From: Phoronis australis
Taxonomy: Eukaryota > Animalia > Phoronida
Length of the DNA stretch: 64,000 nt
Direction: 5' to 3'
Assembly (NCBI GenBank): GCA_002633005.1
Contig: NMRA01000055.1
Location: forward strand, 1 to 64,000
Positions 62,802 to 64,000 of the stretch are shown piece by piece. The position numbers and the translations under genes are program-made. Under the pieces are notes generated by a model. That model made no database searches and had not been told where the DNA came from. It saw only the letters and a list, made by a program, of their open reading frames with translations. Every line of letters starts with the position of its first letter. Position 1 is the first letter of the stretch.

Positions 62802-64000
62802 GTAAGTATCTCAGGTTGTTATTTAAGCATTTGAATTTATTACTACTTGGCAAAGATGAAATGTCTCCGTGTTGCTTTGCCATCAGGTTTTTCTTGCTTT
62901 TATCGCCGAATTATGTGAAATTTACACACAACATGTATCTTCAGTTGCTAAAATCTCGTGGCCTATTTTTTTTGGTCCAAATTAGTCCAAAGGCATCATT
63001 GTGGTGGCCATTTTTTTGAAATTTTGCTTTGTTGTGCTCTAGCTGTGTGGTCTTACGATGGATTCGTCTGTTTCTTAGTATGTCCAGGCTATCTAATGTG
63101 TGTCATCCACTTGTTGCTACTGCCTACTATTTTCTAGTTAACTGAGACTGTTCAGGGACTGCTTATTTATTTACTCCAGTGAGACTTTTCGTGCTGTAGC
63201 TCCATCGTCCTTTGCCTAATCTGTCTGAAGTTGGGTAATATGAATATATCTCTTCAAGAGCTACAAACGGTTACAAAAAGTTTATGACTTTGACATGCTA
63301 TTCTTGAGTAATTCAAGATAAACTAATGACTGTGGTCCCATACGGGTACTTTTCTCAGGCTTCAGTGCAGTCATACATCTCGGGAAGGGGGGGGGGCTCA
63401 AGAGCAACATGGACTCTATGCCCTTCCTGTTATTTGCACAACCAATCGATGTGAAATTTACACACATCTTTCTCGTAAATAACTCAAGGCCAATTGTTTT
63501 TTACTCAAATCAGATGCAAGATGGCGCTATAATCTTATGGTCATTTTTTCAACTTGGCATGTTTTACTTACTGTCATTATTAAATCTATTTGGAAGTTTC
63601 AGTTGGTATAAAATATCTACAAGCCCCTGTAAGCTTTATTCCTTCACTTTTAATTTCTCATAACTTTCCAATGCTCCAAGATGTCCAGAGGCTTTCAATG
63701 CCAGTCTCATTACTCAACAATTTGCTCTTAACTTGAGCAATGATGTCAGAAACATAACATTAAACTAATACCAACACTGTTGTAACTGTCATTCAACCTG
63801 TCACAGTGATACGGTGTTTGCATTGTTTGACTTGCTTCAAGAATAGTTAATATTTTGATAGAAAAGAATTAAAATGATTCAAAATATCTTTCAGTTCTGT
63901 GTCAACTATACCAAAACACCTATGAAATGTAACATCTCCCGTTAATTCTGTCATTTTGAGAGCGATTCAGTTGGCTTTACTGCTACTTTTTATTAAATGC

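Overview
AT-rich, intron- and transposon-rich animal (probably marine invertebrate) genomic DNA with three assembly gaps; nothing prokaryotic. The one intact gene I can support is a plus-strand ferric-chelate reductase 1 (FRRS1/SDR2-like; signal peptide + Reeler + DOMON + cytochrome b561). Eleven GT-AG coding exons, 36897-62801, splice in phase to 454 codons, and the gene runs off the right edge. The first ~28 kb is a CpG-richer transposon graveyard. It holds a Kolobok-type element carrying a decayed P2X7-ballast-like Cys-rich ORF, Helentron-associated (HINE/DINE-like) elements, a CR1/L2-type LINE RT relic, many MITEs and SINEs, a ~2-kb inverted duplication with a dead THAP ORF in each arm, and a GC-rich array of hairpin repeats with variable spacers. 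FRRS1 introns contain several minisatellites: one tandemly copies an exon end with its splice donor, one is an array of CAGUG-loop hairpins upstream of an AATAAA, and some carry U1-5'-end-like motifs. I did not find a clearly new biological system; the best leads are listed as hypotheses. All alignments and translations were done by eye.
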